Shown: one piece after another, positions 19,040 to 27,071 of the stretch
Position numbering within the stretch: position 1 is the first letter of the stretch
How the letters are laid out: each line of letters opens with the position of its first letter
NCBI GenBank assembly: GCA_963664395.2
Contig: OY761159.2
Location: forward strand, 1,440,001-1,504,000
Direction: 5' to 3'
DNA length: 64,000 bases
DNA from: Candidatus Binatia bacterium
Lineage (GTDB): Bacteria; Desulfobacterota; Binatia; Bin18
Program-made: the position numbers and the translations under genes
Notes under the pieces: generated by a model
Database searches by the model: none
Seen by the model: the letters and a program-made list of their open reading frames with translations, nothing else
What the model was told of the DNA's origin: nothing

Positions 19040-20245
19040 CTAGACAATGCCGGTTCGCTGAAGCGCAGCCAGGTCCTGGGCGGTCACGCCGAGTTCGGTA
19101 TAGACCTCGGTGTTATGCTGTCCCAAACACGGGGCTGGACGGCGCAGTTCCCACGGCGTTTCCGAGCAGATATAGGGCGCGCCGGGATAGGTCAGCGGGC
19201 CGGCTTCGGGATGATCGAGCTGCACAAAAAAGCCGCGCGCGTTGAGATGTTCGGAGTTCAGCAAATAGCCCATGGTTGAGACTGGCGCAAACGGAATCCG
19301 CCGCGCCTGCGCCTTGAGGTATAAGTCCTGGACCGTGAAATCCTTGACCCATTCTTGAATGAGCAGTTTGAGCGCGTCCCAACTCTCGCCCCGTTTCAGG
19401 CGATCTCCGAAAATAGGCTCGGCGGCCCACTCCGGATTGTCCATCAGGTCAACAAACGAGTGCCAGTGATGCTCCTCCACGCAGCAAATAAAGATCCAGC
19501 CGTCTTTGCACTCCAACAGATCCAGCGGTTGAATCGGTTTATGTCCCAGCCGCGTCACCGCCATACCGGCATAGGAGGCCATCATGGTGCCGAACTCGGA
19601 TATGCCCATCAGGCATTCCTGGACGGAGAACTCGACGTGCTGGCCCTGCCCGTCACGCAGGCCGGCAAACAACGCGCCCAGCGACGCAACCGCGGCATGC
19701 ACCCCAGCCGTAAACCCGGACTGCTGGCCAAAGGCTTTGAGCGGCGGGAGATGGTCGCTGCCCGGCCCCCCACCGTTCAGAAAACACAGTCCACCGGCAT
19801 TCCATAGGGTGAGGTCAGACGCCTCATAATCTTTGTGCGGCCCCTGTAAACCGAACGGCGTAATTGAGGTCATGACCAAGCCAGGGTTGATGTCCGCCAG
19901 TTGGTCATAGTCCAAACCGACGGCCGACATCTGCTTGGGATGGATATTATGGATAAGCAGGTCCGCGTCTTTGACGAGACGCTGAAAGACGGCTTGACCC
20001 TGTGTCTGTTCCAGGTCGAGCGTGATACCGCGTTTATTGGTGTTCAGGAAAAGATACAGCCCGCTCTTTTCAGCGTGCGGCGTTCCGCCTGGAAACGGCC
20101 CGCGCTGACGGGTCGCGTCTCCCCCCTGCGGCGATTCAATTTTAATCACCTCTGCGCCCATGTCGGCCATAAGCTTGCTTGCGTAGGCGGCAGAGACCAT
20201 CTCGCCGCATTCAATGATCCGAAAACCTGATAAGGCACCCGGCAT
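19040..20245 (-). CDS. CaiB/BaiF (class III) CoA-transferase subunit, apparently lacking the catalytic Asp
   Basis: ALSGFRIIE, MGAEVIKIE, NTNKRGITLDL, SITPFG, APCLGQHN; QQSGFTAG at the catalytic position. Confidence 0.9.
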   Translation of the reverse strand: MPGALSGFRIIECGEMVSAAYASKLMADMGAEVIKIESPQGGDATRQRGPFPGGTPHAEKSGLYLFLNTNKRGITLDLEQTQGQAVFQRLVKDADLLIHNIHPKQMSAVGLDYDQLADINPGLVMTSITPFGLQGPHKDYEASDLTLWNAGGLCFLNGGGPGSDHLPPLKAFGQQSGFTAGVHAAVASLGALFAGLRDGQGQHVEFSVQECLMGISEFGTMMASYAGMAVTRLGHKPIQPLDLLECKDGWIFICCVEEHHWHSFVDLMDNPEWAAEPIFGDRLKRGESWDALKLLIQEWVKDFTVQDLYLKAQARRIPFAPVSTMGYLLNSEHLNARGFFVQLDHPEAGPLTYPGAPYICSETPWELRRPAPCLGQHNTEVYTELGVTAQDLAALQRTGIV

Positions 20246-20326
20246 ACTCCCTCCTTCTTTCCGGTCGGATAGCTCCAGCGTAATAGAGTCAGACTCTAGT
20301 AGGCCGCTTGTGCCACGTCAAGCTTG

Positions 20327-20359
20327 ACTCCAGACCGTGCACGCAGTACTCCAGACCGT
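20327..20359. repeat. 12-bp direct repeat with 21-bp period in a divergent intergenic region
   Basis: ACTCCAGACCGT at 20327-20338 and 20348-20359. Confidence 0.75.
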
Positions 20360-20374
20360 ACTTGTGGTGCGGAC

Positions 20375-20650
20375 ATGGAGCTGAGCGACATTTACTTGCG
20401 GGTTGAGCGGGCCGATATTGCGCTCATCAAATGTGTCATCGAGTCCTACGAAGAGTTCGGCATTGTGCGCACGATTGATAATAAAAAGGCCATTATCGTG
20501 CTCCTGATCGTGCCGGACTTTATTGAGCATACCTGGGCCGCGCTCGAATCACTCCGCCAGCACATGGACTGGCATCAAGTCCCTCGTCCAACAGAACATG
20601 ACGACTGGTTGATGGAGAAGATGCATCCGGAGAATAAGGGCTCAGCGTAG
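20375..20650 (+). CDS. DUF4911-like small protein
   Basis: YLRV.RADIALIKCVIESYEEFGIVRTID pattern; ATG 20375. Confidence 0.75.
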   Translation: MELSDIYLRVERADIALIKCVIESYEEFGIVRTIDNKKAIIVLLIVPDFIEHTWAALESLRQHMDWHQVPRPTEHDDWLMEKMHPENKGSA

Positions 20651-20693
20651 GTCCGAGGGCCCACGAACTCACTTCCACCACACACAATCGACT

Positions 20694-20939
20694 ATGGCCA
20701 AACACTCCGATTGGGTCACAGCAAGTGAAATTGGAACCTACGTCTATTGCGAGGAAGCGTGGCGGCTGACGCATGGACTCAAAATCCCGCCGGGCAATGT
20801 GCGGGCGCTCCGCCGCGGAACGGAAACGCACGCCGCGTGGCAACGGGTTGAACGCCGGACTGCCCGGCTCATGCGACTCGCTCTCATTGTGGCGGCTATC
20901 GCCCTGGCCTGTATCCTGCTCCGTGTCTACCTGTCGTGA
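20694..20939 (+). CDS. N-terminal half of a split Cas4-like nuclease with C-terminal transmembrane helix
   Basis: VTASEIGTYVYCEEAW (Cas4/RecB N-terminal helix with first Fe-S Cys), RRGTETH (G-x3-H motif), hydrophobic tail LALIVAAIALACILL. Confidence 0.8.
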   Translation: MAKHSDWVTASEIGTYVYCEEAWRLTHGLKIPPGNVRALRRGTETHAAWQRVERRTARLMRLALIVAAIALACILLRVYLS

Positions 20940-21424
20940 TGGCCATCCTGACGCTGCTGCTCAGCCTGTCCGTCCTGCTCTTTGTGGTTGCCCTCATAGG
21001 CCGTCGCCGGGCCGGCTTTGGCTCCGGCAGGACCATCAGCCACGATGACGTGCGGCTGTCTTCCGAGCGCTATATGCTCCGCGGGCAACCGGATCGGATT
21101 GTCCAACGCGGGCGATATTTTATTCCGGAAGAAAAGAAGTCCGGACGACAGATGAACGAGAGCTATCAAGCCCAACTCGGGGTGTATCTGGTGTTAGTCG
21201 AAGAAGAGTACGGCGTCCGGCCCCCCTACGGCTTCATCATTTTGAGAGACGGTGAGCGGGTCAAGGTGAAAAACACGCGCAGGCTGCGTTCGCGGGTGAT
21301 TGGTATTGCGGAACGCATTCGAGCGCATCGTCAGCAGCTCGACAAATCCCTCTCCCCACCCTCTACGCCAGCCAAGTGCCAAAACTGTAGCCAGCGTCAG
21401 AACTGCGAGCAGCGGTTGGTGTGA
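20939..21424 (+). CDS. C-terminal half of a split Cas4-like PD-(D/E)xK nuclease with N-terminal transmembrane helix
   Basis: TM AILTLLLSLSVLLFVVALIG, LRGQPDRIV, IPEEKKS, QLGVY, CQNCSQRQNC; TGATG overlap with the upstream gene (GTG 20936 is an alternative start). Confidence 0.88.
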   Translation: MAILTLLLSLSVLLFVVALIGRRRAGFGSGRTISHDDVRLSSERYMLRGQPDRIVQRGRYFIPEEKKSGRQMNESYQAQLGVYLVLVEEEYGVRPPYGFIILRDGERVKVKNTRRLRSRVIGIAERIRAHRQQLDKSLSPPSTPAKCQNCSQRQNCEQRLV

Positions 21425-21437
21425 AAGGACGCGGAAA

Positions 21438-21791
21438 ATGACACGAACAAAGAGCGCGACGAACCCCATTGAATATGAAGAGAATAGCGGCAATATCTTT
21501 GCGGACATTGGACTGCCCAACCCAGAGGAACATCTGGCCAAGGCGGAGCTTGCCTTTCAAATCTGCCAGATAATCCGGGCACGGAAGCTCACTCAGGTCA
21601 AAGCAGCTAAGCTGCTCGGTCTCAAGCAGCCGAATGTCTCTGCACTCATGAAAGGCCATTTGGACGGGTTCTCGGCTGAACGCTTGTTTCGCTTTCTCAA
21701 TAAGCTGGATAAGTCCATCGAAATTGTTATCAGGGACAAACCGCGTCAGTCCAAGCATGCTGATGTACGGGTTGTCGTGGATGCCGTGTAG
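21438..21791 (+). CDS. HigA-like XRE/HTH antitoxin-type regulator
   Basis: SGNIFADIGLPNPEEHLAKAEL, LTQVKAAKLLGLKQPNVSAL, FSAERLFRFL. Confidence 0.9.
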   Translation: MTRTKSATNPIEYEENSGNIFADIGLPNPEEHLAKAELAFQICQIIRARKLTQVKAAKLLGLKQPNVSALMKGHLDGFSAERLFRFLNKLDKSIEIVIRDKPRQSKHADVRVVVDAV

Positions 21792-21838
21792 CGGTTTCGT
21801 TCACCGTCATTTATTCGGCAATAATCCCAAGAGGTGAG

Positions 21839-22180
21839 CTAGGCTGGCAGGGGTGCTCCCTTGACATGTATTGTGGCCTCATTGCGGGACTTGGGCTTGG
21901 GCTTAAAACTGATAGTGACATCATAGTCGAGCTTCCGCATGTAGCGGAGCAGCCGGTCGATTGTGAACTTCTCCAGTTTGCCCCGAACCAGGTTCGAGAC
22001 GCTCGGTTGTGGCAACCCAAGAATAGCCCCTGCTTCCTCTTAGGTGAGGCCCCGTTTCTCAATCAGCTCTCCAATGCTCAAGGCGATGGTCGCTTTCACT
22101 AAGCGCTCCTCTGGATTTGGCAGATTGAGGTCAGCGAACACATTTCCGCTTGAAAGCGTTACTTTGATATCTGTACTCAT
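21839..22180 (-). pseudogene. HigA-like XRE antitoxin pseudogene with in-frame TAA
   Basis: MSTDIKVTLSSGNVFADLNLPNPEERLVKA...KRGLT*EEAGAILGLPQPSVSNLVRGKLEKFTIDRLLRYM...PLPA*; the TAA at 22040-22042 replaces the Q of the LTQ motif seen in the intact neighbour. Confidence 0.9.
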
Positions 22181-22254
22181 GGCTTTGCTTTTCTCCTCAG
22201 AGCGTACTGCTCCCGATAATGCTGCTCGGCAGCCCTCAAACGTTGTCGTACCAG
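22177..22254 (-). pseudogene. 3' remnant of a Gp49-like/HigB (RelE superfamily) toxin gene
   Basis: Frame reads LVRQRLRAAEQHYREQYALRRKAKP*, with its TGA overlapping the antitoxin ATG (ATGA); resembles the C-terminal helix of these toxins; only about 40 bp separate it from the tatC stop. Confidence 0.65.
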
Positions 22255-22296
22255 ACATCTTCGCGCGCTCGGAAACGCCGGCCCATCAAAAGGCCA

Positions 22297-23064
22297 TTAC
22301 TCGTCAGTAGACTCCAAGTCAGTCCCCTCACTTGCCTCCTTCTTTTTTCCAAACACATAGGCCACCCCGATGCTGAGCACATACAGCAAGAGCAGCGGGA
22401 CGGCGAGGAGCATTTGGGAGATAGCGTCGGGTGGGGTGAGGATGGCGGCCAGGATAAATACGCCGACCGCAGCGTACCGGAATGCGCCTATGAGGGTATG
22501 GTGGGTGATGAGCCCAACGCGGGCAAAGAAAAAGGCGAGTACGGGAAGTTCAAACGTCACCCCAAAGGCGAGCAGCGTTCTGGCCGTGAAGGTCAGATAT
22601 TCGCTGATTTTTAGGGTGGCCTGTACTCCGATGCTGCGGAACTCTCCCAGGAAAAACGCATACGCAATCGGCAGGACGACGGTATAACAAAAGCCGGCCC
22701 CGAGCACGAAAAAGAATGAACAGAAGAGGACAAACGGCCAGACGTAGCGGCGTTCCTGCGGGTATAGGCCTGGAGCCACGAACTGCCAGAGCTGGTAGAA
22801 AATAGCGGGACTGGCGCCAAAGAGCGCGGCAATAAAAGCCACCTTGATTTTTGTAAAGAATGCTTCGGTCGGGCTGGTACCAATCAGAGAATGGGGATCG
22901 GTGGTTATGTGACGGAGGGGCTGAGCGAGAAAATCAAACAGCACATTGGCAAAGAAATAGGCCGGGAGAAAGACAATGAAAATGGCGAGCAAGGACCGAA
23001 TGAGACAGCTGCGCAACTCATCCAGATGGCCGGTGAGCGGCATGGACCGGTCGTCATAGGCCAT
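22297..23064 (-). CDS. tatC: Twin-arginine translocase subunit TatC
   Basis: HLDELR, PTEAF, YQLWQFVAPGLYPQE, FGVTFELP, AAILTPPD. Confidence 0.97.
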   Translation of the reverse strand: MAYDDRSMPLTGHLDELRSCLIRSLLAIFIVFLPAYFFANVLFDFLAQPLRHITTDPHSLIGTSPTEAFFTKIKVAFIAALFGASPAIFYQLWQFVAPGLYPQERRYVWPFVLFCSFFFVLGAGFCYTVVLPIAYAFFLGEFRSIGVQATLKISEYLTFTARTLLAFGVTFELPVLAFFFARVGLITHHTLIGAFRYAAVGVFILAAILTPPDAISQMLLAVPLLLLYVLSIGVAYVFGKKKEASEGTDLESTDE

Positions 23065-23067
23065 GTC

Positions 23068-23370
23068 CTAATTGTCCCCTCCGGTGCTCCCTTTCTTTTC
23101 TGTTGCCTCTGAAGACTGTGTCGAGGCGGAAGGGGGAGCAGGCGGCATGGCCGTAGGGTTCGTCCGCACGTTGCGTTCGGTGGCGCGCACCTCTTCGTCC
23201 AGCATGATCTGGGCGTTATCGAGCTCTTCGGTGATGCCACTCGTTGCCCGGCGCAATTCGGCAAAGGCTTTGCCCAAACCACGCGCCGCCTCGGGCAGGC
23301 GCTTGGGGCCGAGTACGATCAGCGCCACAACCATAATAATCACCAACTCCGGCATCCCGATTCCAAACAT
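23068..23370 (-). CDS. tatB: Twin-arginine translocase TatB (TatA/B family)
   Basis: MFGIGMPELVIIMVVALIVLGPKRLPEAARGLG; directly upstream of tatC. Confidence 0.9.
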   Translation of the reverse strand: MFGIGMPELVIIMVVALIVLGPKRLPEAARGLGKAFAELRRATSGITEELDNAQIMLDEEVRATERNVRTNPTAMPPAPPSASTQSSEATEKKGSTGGDN

Positions 23371-23450
23371 ATTTGCCTCTTGGGTTACGGTAGTATAATC
23401 GAAAAACCGGCGCAAGTTATGGCCGGGGCGCAGTGGGAAAGGAGCGATCA

Positions 23451-24485
23451 ATGTTACAGACAGGCATCGTGCTGGACGCACGCTATCAAGACCACAACCC
23501 AGGTCAGGGCCATCCGGAACGTGCGGAGCGGATCGGCACCTTACTCAGCCGCTTCGCGTCCTATAAGCGCGACGGTTTGAAACGTTTTGACCCCAGACAC
23601 GCGACGCATGAAGAGATCGCTTTGGTGCACGACACCAGCCTGATTGGCCGCGTCGCTGCCTCTGCCGGCCTCGAAGCCGCAGCCTTTGACGCGGATACGC
23701 GCGTGTCCGCGCAGTCGTATGAGACGGCACTCCTCGCCACCGGAGGCCTTTTGACTATTCTGGATGCGGTCATGGAACGCGAAGTGGACAATGGCTTTGC
23801 CTTGGTGCGACCGCCCGGTCATCACGCCGAACGCAACCGAGCCATGGGCTTTTGTCTGTTCAACAGCGTTGCGGTTGGTGCGCAATATCTGAGGGAACGA
23901 TTTGGGCTAAGCCGGATTCTGGTGATGGACTGGGACCTGCACCACGGCAATGGCACCCAGCACAGTTTCTACGACGACCCTGGCGTGCTGTATCTCTCGA
24001 CCCATCAATATCCGTACTACCCCGGCACGGGTGCCGCCGAAGAGGCCGGCCACGGCAGCGGCGAGGGGTATACTGTCAACCTGCCTCTCAGCGCCGGCTG
24101 GGGAGATGCCGCCTTTCTGCCTCTCTTTGAAGAGGTGATTGATCCCATTTGTCGCCAGTTTCAGCCCGAGTTCGTGTTGATCTCTGCCGGCTTTGATGCC
24201 CACGCCCGCGACCCACTCGGTGGTCTGACCGTCACAGCAGAAGGCTTTACGGCCCTGGCACGTATTCTCCTGCGCGTGGCGCGGGATCAGGCCCAGGGCC
24301 GTTGTGCCGCCATTCTCGAAGGCGGCTACGATCTGGAAGGGCTTGAAACCTCAGTGATCCACGTTCTGGACGAAATGGGCGGCGACCGGCTCGACCATCC
24401 GCTCCCCACATATGAACGACAGGGTTTGCTTCCCAACGTCCGGGCCGTGCAGCAGCGCCATTGGGAGTTGCCGGCGACGGCCTAA
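23451..24485 (+). CDS. Histone deacetylase family (AcuC/AphA-like) zinc deacetylase
   Basis: HPE, RPPGHHA, GFC, DWDLHHGNGTQ, SAGFDAH, LEGGY all intact. Confidence 0.95.
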   Translation: MLQTGIVLDARYQDHNPGQGHPERAERIGTLLSRFASYKRDGLKRFDPRHATHEEIALVHDTSLIGRVAASAGLEAAAFDADTRVSAQSYETALLATGGLLTILDAVMEREVDNGFALVRPPGHHAERNRAMGFCLFNSVAVGAQYLRERFGLSRILVMDWDLHHGNGTQHSFYDDPGVLYLSTHQYPYYPGTGAAEEAGHGSGEGYTVNLPLSAGWGDAAFLPLFEEVIDPICRQFQPEFVLISAGFDAHARDPLGGLTVTAEGFTALARILLRVARDQAQGRCAAILEGGYDLEGLETSVIHVLDEMGGDRLDHPLPTYERQGLLPNVRAVQQRHWELPATA

Positions 24486-24497
24486 TTGAGCGACGGG

Positions 24498-24746
24498 TTA
24501 GGCGGCCTGATGGAATCTTGCCACGGACACTGGTCTTGTCTGTGCGAACCCTTGCCGATGCAGTTTTATGCGTTCGACCTCGTGAAGCGTCTCAGCGGTA
24601 AAATAGCTTTCACTACAGCTTGAGCACGAGATCAGGGGAATCCCTTCAATCACCAGCAGCTCCTCGCCAGAACCATAGCTACGGGAGACGTGGCGGATTC
24701 GGGCGGCTTGCTCTCCACAAGTGTCACATTTCAGTCTGCTCATCAT
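24498..24746 (-). CDS. YgiT/MqsA-type zinc-finger protein without HTH
   Basis: CDTCG...LLVIEGIPLISCSSCSESYF. Confidence 0.85.
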   Translation of the reverse strand: MMSRLKCDTCGEQAARIRHVSRSYGSGEELLVIEGIPLISCSSCSESYFTAETLHEVERIKLHRQGFAQTRPVSVARFHQAA

Positions 24747-24939
24747 CAATCCACGCGGCGGGCTGGTCGCGGTGCTGCTCAGTACTCTTTGCGGTCTCAA
24801 TCAGTCGGTCCTGGTATTGCTTCTGCATCTCCATGTAGAAGGCCACCAGTTGTGTAGGATCATGCTCGAAGCGCGCCGATATGCGGTATCGCACTTCGCG
24901 GATCTCGTCGATTACCGGATCACTTAGGTTCTGTTTCAT
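24724..24939 (-). CDS. Small helical protein, probable antitoxin partner of the upstream PIN toxin
   Basis: DPVIDEIREVR..ISARFEHD pattern; overlaps the 3' end of the PIN gene. Confidence 0.7.
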   Translation of the reverse strand: MKQNLSDPVIDEIREVRYRISARFEHDPTQLVAFYMEMQKQYQDRLIETAKSTEQHRDQPAAWIDDEQTEM

Positions 24940-25414
24940 CGATCCCTCCCAGGAGTTCCAGGGGTGTCACCAAAGCCGGCACGAAAAGCCCGAGCATGGC
25001 ATTCACACGACGGATGTGTCCAAACTTGTTTGCGTTTGCAAGGTGCCGACAATTCCAGGTTACCAGAAAGTCACACTTGTGATAGGAGGCGAGCGCTAGG
25101 TGCAGCGCGTCCCCACCAGGATCAGCCGGCATCAGTTTGTGCCGGATATACGCCTGGACAATCTCGGCGATGGCCGGCTCGACGGGCAGAAGCGGCAGAT
25201 CACGAACCAGAGCCAATCGTTTCGTGCTGCGCTCCGGTATACCTCCGGCTAGTTCGTCTAGCACGGCTGGACTGGTGACCATCTCGTGGCGATCAGGCGC
25301 ATTGTCCCACCACCGTCGGGTCCACTCCCGACGCGCCACGATGTCGGGGGCGGTGCGTTCCTCATGATAGAAGCTGGGGATCGTGGTCTCAACATACACA
25401 CGCGGTTTGGCCAT
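24920..25414 (-). CDS. PIN-domain (VapC-like) ribonuclease toxin
   Basis: VYVETTIPS, S.AVLDEL, DALHLALA, DFLVTWNCRHLAN, LVTPLEL. Confidence 0.9.
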   Translation of the reverse strand: MAKPRVYVETTIPSFYHEERTAPDIVARREWTRRWWDNAPDRHEMVTSPAVLDELAGGIPERSTKRLALVRDLPLLPVEPAIAEIVQAYIRHKLMPADPGGDALHLALASYHKCDFLVTWNCRHLANANKFGHIRRVNAMLGLFVPALVTPLELLGGIDETEPK

Positions 25415-25477
25415 ACCGGCAAGATACCGCACCTAGCTTCCGAGGAATAGCTCGAATAAGGCGAGCCGCGTTAGTGG

Positions 25478-25807
25478 TCATTCGGGGTGAGTCCAGGAAG
25501 CGAAGTCTGCCATTTTGACTGCACGGCGTTTCATAATGTAAGCGCGAACTACCTCAATGTATTTTCGCCGAGATTCGAGATCATTCAAATTCAGGGACAT
25601 CTCGGGTTTAAACTTTCCCTTGAGGCGATTACATACGGCGCACGCTATGACAATGTTCTGTGGTTCGTCGGGTCCGCCGGCCGCCGCGGGAATCAGGTGG
25701 TCTTCCTCGGCGATCATGAACGCTTCAAAATCGCTCATGAGGTCGCGACAGCAGTAGACGCAACGTCCATTATCGCGTTTGAAGATTTCCTTGAAGTATT
25801 TGGACAT
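25478..25807 (-). CDS. HNH endonuclease (McrA-like)
   Basis: RDNGRCVYC, EDHLIP..AGG, NIVIACAVCNRLKG. Confidence 0.9.
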   Translation of the reverse strand: MSKYFKEIFKRDNGRCVYCCRDLMSDFEAFMIAEEDHLIPAAAGGPDEPQNIVIACAVCNRLKGKFKPEMSLNLNDLESRRKYIEVVRAYIMKRRAVKMADFASWTHPE

Positions 25808-25814
25808 CTGCACC

Positions 25815-27062
25815 CTAGTCCCGTACCGTCCGCTCGGCATGAATCTCGGCGTGCGAGGCGATGACCTTCTCTGCTTTGAGTTGAGCGATCTGCTGGTCGG
25901 AATAGTTGAGTAAGCGGCGCAGCACGCTATCCGTATGCTCGCCTAGCAGCGGGCCTGGGGCGGCGACGTAGCCTGGCGTCTGAGAGAGTTTGAACGGCGG
26001 CCCGTCAAGTATGACCTCCTCCGTTTTCCCGTTTTCCTGGGCCGGCAGCCGTGCCCAATACCCCCGCGCCCGCAGTTGCGGGTCGCGGTCCAAGTCTTCC
26101 CCATTGGCAACCACGCCGGCGGCGACGTCGGCTTCTTGCAGGCGGGTCATGACTTCTTCAGCCGTATGCTGCTGCGTCCAGGCTTCAATATACCCGTCCA
26201 AGGCGTCTTGATGGTGGAGCCGGTCTGCGAGGCTGGCAAAGCGCGCCTCGCGCGTCCAGGCCGGCTGCCCCAAGACGCGGCACAGACTCTGCCATTCTGC
26301 GTCGGTGAAGACGGCAATCGCGCACCAGCGGTCGTCACCCTTGCAGCGATACACCCCGTGCGGCGCCGCCGGTGCTTCTTGGGAACGATTACCGACCGGC
26401 TGACTGGGCGTCTGATTATTCAAGATGTCGAGCAAGCCCGGCCCGACCAGGCTGGAAATAGCCTCAAACTGCGACAGGTCAACGAATTGTCCTTGGCCGG
26501 TTTGTTTGCGATGCCACAGGGCCATCAATACTGCCAGCGCGCCGCTATAGCCGCCGGTCATGTCTGCATATGAATAGCCCCAGCCGGCCGGCGCTTTGCC
26601 GGGATGACGCATCTGGAGCGTATAGCCGGACAAGGCCTGGAGCGTCGGCCCATAGCTGACATAATCCTTGTGCGGCCCGGTATGTCCAAAGCCGGACATG
26701 GAGACCGCAATAATATCGGGCTTTATTTTTTTGAGGCTGTCATAGTCGAGCCCCCAGTTGTGCATGACCCGCGCGCTGAAATTATCGATCACGACATCTG
26801 ATAGGGCCGCGAGTTGTTGGGCGATCTCGATCCCACGCGGGTCGGCCATATTGATAACCGTACTCTCTTTGCCCCGATGCAGATTGCCGGAAAAGCCGCC
26901 CCGACGCGTCCCCAGGTCAAGCGTATCGCGCCGCTCGATTTTAATGATCTCAGCGCCCTGGTCGGCCAGGATGCGCACTGCGACCGGACCGGCAACCACC
27001 CAAGTGAAATCAAGAATCCGGACGCCTTCGAGCGTACGACGGCCTGTTCGTTGGGATGTCAT
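25815..27062 (-). CDS. CaiB/BaiF CoA-transferase, catalytic Asp retained
   Basis: LEGVRILDFTWVVAGP, GAEIIKIE, SYGPTLQALSG, SYADMTGG, PLLGEHT. Confidence 0.93.
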   Translation of the reverse strand: MTSQRTGRRTLEGVRILDFTWVVAGPVAVRILADQGAEIIKIERRDTLDLGTRRGGFSGNLHRGKESTVINMADPRGIEIAQQLAALSDVVIDNFSARVMHNWGLDYDSLKKIKPDIIAVSMSGFGHTGPHKDYVSYGPTLQALSGYTLQMRHPGKAPAGWGYSYADMTGGYSGALAVLMALWHRKQTGQGQFVDLSQFEAISSLVGPGLLDILNNQTPSQPVGNRSQEAPAAPHGVYRCKGDDRWCAIAVFTDAEWQSLCRVLGQPAWTREARFASLADRLHHQDALDGYIEAWTQQHTAEEVMTRLQEADVAAGVVANGEDLDRDPQLRARGYWARLPAQENGKTEEVILDGPPFKLSQTPGYVAAPGPLLGEHTDSVLRRLLNYSDQQIAQLKAEKVIASHAEIHAERTVRD

Positions 27063-27071
27063 TGCGGCAAC

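Noticed and set aside
22040-22042. Programmed read-through or stop-codon reassignment in the antitoxin
   Set aside because: TAA ends many normal genes here; one C-to-T change explains it, and the partner toxin is also destroyed.
20250-22300. CRISPR-Cas locus around the Cas4-like genes
   Set aside because: No repeat-spacer array and no cas1/cas2 or effector genes are visible anywhere in the window.
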